This document shows positions 62,782 to 64,000 of a DNA stretch of 64,000 nucleotides, in pieces. The stretch comes from an uncultured Acidimicrobiales bacterium (lineage in GTDB: Bacteria; Actinomycetota; Acidimicrobiia; Acidimicrobiales; SZUA-35). The stretch's first letter is position 1; the number at the start of each line of letters is the position of its first letter. A program made the translations under genes and the position numbers. The stretch is from positions 79,209 to 143,208 of the forward strand of contig CAVZHQ010000001.1 of assembly GCA_963775125.1 (NCBI GenBank), read 5' to 3'. A model generated the notes under the pieces. That model was not told the DNA's origin, did not search any database, and saw only the letters and a list, made by a program, of their open reading frames with translations.

Positions 62782-63059
62782 CACCAGGTTCCGTCGCGGT
62801 CCGCCCGGTTGGCGGCCTTGACCCCGTACTTGAAGACCAAGGCCGGGGCAAGGAGGGCGGAACCGACGACGATGAGGACGATGACCAGAACCGAGATGGT
62901 CTTGGTGAATCCAGTCATGAAACCGATGAAGAAGACGACGCTGGCCGTGACGTACAGTGCGCTCCCGAGACGGAGCCCCTTCGACACCAGATCGGCGACC
63001 TTCGCTCGCTGGGCCAGTACCGGGTCCTTGGAGGTCCTGGCCCGGTGGGATTCAGCCAT
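62781..63059 (-). CDS. small 2-TM membrane protein (92 aa)
   Basis: ORF 62781..63059. Two hydrophobic helices. The stop overlaps the TetR start. Confidence 0.5.
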   Translation of the reverse strand: MAESHRARTSKDPVLAQRAKVADLVSKGLRLGSALYVTASVVFFIGFMTGFTKTISVLVIVLIVVGSALLAPALVFKYGVKAANRADRDGTW

Positions 63060-63858
63060 GGTCGGACTCGATGATGGTCACATTGCCGCCTTGGACGGTC
63101 CCGACAGGGGAGGGAGAGGGGTTCGGGAGGGACGAGGGATACGGGGTATCGTCGACCTGGTCGAGGACGATCCGGGTGTCTCGCAGATCGAGGGAACTCG
63201 ATGAAGCGGCTACCGAGCCGTCGGCCGACATCGCCTCTGGAACCGCGGTGGTGACCTCGTCGGGGAAGAGGTCGTCGATGGTCACGGTGCGCCGCGGCTG
63301 ACGCAGAAGCAGGTGCATGGTGAGTACCACGAGGCCGGCAAGCATGACGAGGTCGCCGAAGGAGATGACATCGTCGAGGACCGGAACGGGGACGATGTCG
63401 CCGAGCGGACGAAGGAGGGTGTTGGAGTCCTCGAACCGCCAGAGTCCGTTCAGGGCGTAGTCGGCGGGATCGCCGTCGAGCGGCATGCCGCCGACTGCCT
63501 TCAGCGATTCGACGCGGAGTGGAACGTACCCGTTGACCAGCACGGCCATGAGGTTCAGGGTGAGTCCGAAGCCGGTGATGGCAGCGCCCTTGAGGTGCAC
63601 GTTGAGCATGGTGACGCCAACGAGCAGGGCGACCCCGACGAGGTAGAGCGAAAGACGGGCGGGAAGGTCGCCCCACTGCTCGGCCGACTGCAGCACAACG
63701 CCAACCAACAACAGCGGCCAATAGCGGACCTGGACGGACTTGACGGCGGACAACGAGCCGCCTCGAATCAGACCGAGGGCCACGCCGAGTGCGATAGCGA
63801 GCGGTGTGAGGAGCATGATCAGCGCGAATGCTAGCGACCAAACGCCCCCGGTTCTCAT
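63052..63858 (-). CDS. hypothetical polytopic membrane protein
   Basis: ORF 63052..63939. The likely start is MRTGGVWSLAF (ATG 63858), which overlaps the upstream stop (ATGA). Confidence 0.5.
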   Translation of the reverse strand: MRTGGVWSLAFALIMLLTPLAIALGVALGLIRGGSLSAVKSVQVRYWPLLLVGVVLQSAEQWGDLPARLSLYLVGVALLVGVTMLNVHLKGAAITGFGLTLNLMAVLVNGYVPLRVESLKAVGGMPLDGDPADYALNGLWRFEDSNTLLRPLGDIVPVPVLDDVISFGDLVMLAGLVVLTMHLLLRQPRRTVTIDDLFPDEVTTAVPEAMSADGSVAASSSSLDLRDTRIVLDQVDDTPYPSSLPNPSPSPVGTVQGGNVTIIESDHG

Positions 63859-64000
63859 TCGGTGGGTTGCTCGGTCGTGGTGGTCGGAGGCGGCGGTTCC
63901 ACGGAGTGGCAGACCACCCGGCGATCGCCGCGGTTCCACACGCCCTCGGTCGGTACGAACTCCTGGGCGACCCGGGTTGCGATCGAGTACGGCTGCTTGA
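63855..64000 (-). CDS. 3' end of an unidentified gene (5' part outside window)
   Basis: An open minus-strand frame ..KQPYSIATRVAQEFVPTEGVWNRGDRRVVCHSVEPPPPTTTTEQPTE ends at TGA 63857-63855. Confidence 0.3.
   Translation of the reverse strand, partial: KQPYSIATRVAQEFVPTEGVWNRGDRRVVCHSVEPPPPTTTTEQPTE

Noticed and set aside
1-64000. Mobile elements, prophage, defence islands (restriction-modification, toxin-antitoxin, Cas, retrons) or a biosynthetic gene cluster.
   Set aside because: I saw no integrase, transposase, recombinase, nuclease-methylase pair, small TA pair, PKS/NRPS or similar. The gene content is housekeeping or accessory metabolism, with uniform GC-rich composition by eye.

Overview
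GC-rich, gene-dense chromosomal segment that looks actinobacterial. This is an inference from gene content: F420-type LLM and Ddn-family enzymes, an MMPL transporter, an Ada-AlkA fusion followed by ogt, an ACT-ACT-SerB, and an MmyB-type regulator. I found no transposase, integrase, prophage, CRISPR array, rRNA or tRNA. About 60 protein genes are supportable, mostly housekeeping, and many are translationally coupled through ATGA or GTGA overlaps. They include purF-purD/M-purN-guaB, DNA alkylation repair, selD, serB, cysS/ybaK, a TPP riboswitch with thiBPQ, an ABC-F ATPase, HelD, uppP, folD, TetR plus MMPL, prsW, proS and an NAD-type formate dehydrogenase operon.

Main hunt results:
1. Three genes only make sense if an in-frame UGA is read as selenocysteine: selD (15080), a single-domain rhodanese whose catalytic Cys codon is UGA (41770), and the formate dehydrogenase catalytic subunit (55413). 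Each UGA is followed by a hairpin. selA, selB and selC are not in the window.
2. The FDH alpha subunit is split at a domain boundary, and the gene order is permuted around a NuoE-NuoF fusion.
3. purD and purM form one reading frame, overlapped by purN.
4. Many 14-32 bp tandem repeats sit exactly on gene termini, including a 4x amplification of the alkA/ogt ATGA stop-start junction.
5. A roughly 60-bp hairpin element occurs twice.
6. At least seven apparent 1-nt insertions and two probable 1-nt deletions interrupt otherwise conserved genes, including proS and selD. I cannot tell assembly error from real decay using sequence alone.
7. A 1184-aa membrane protein couples an HD-GYP domain to a large cadherin-like ectodomain.
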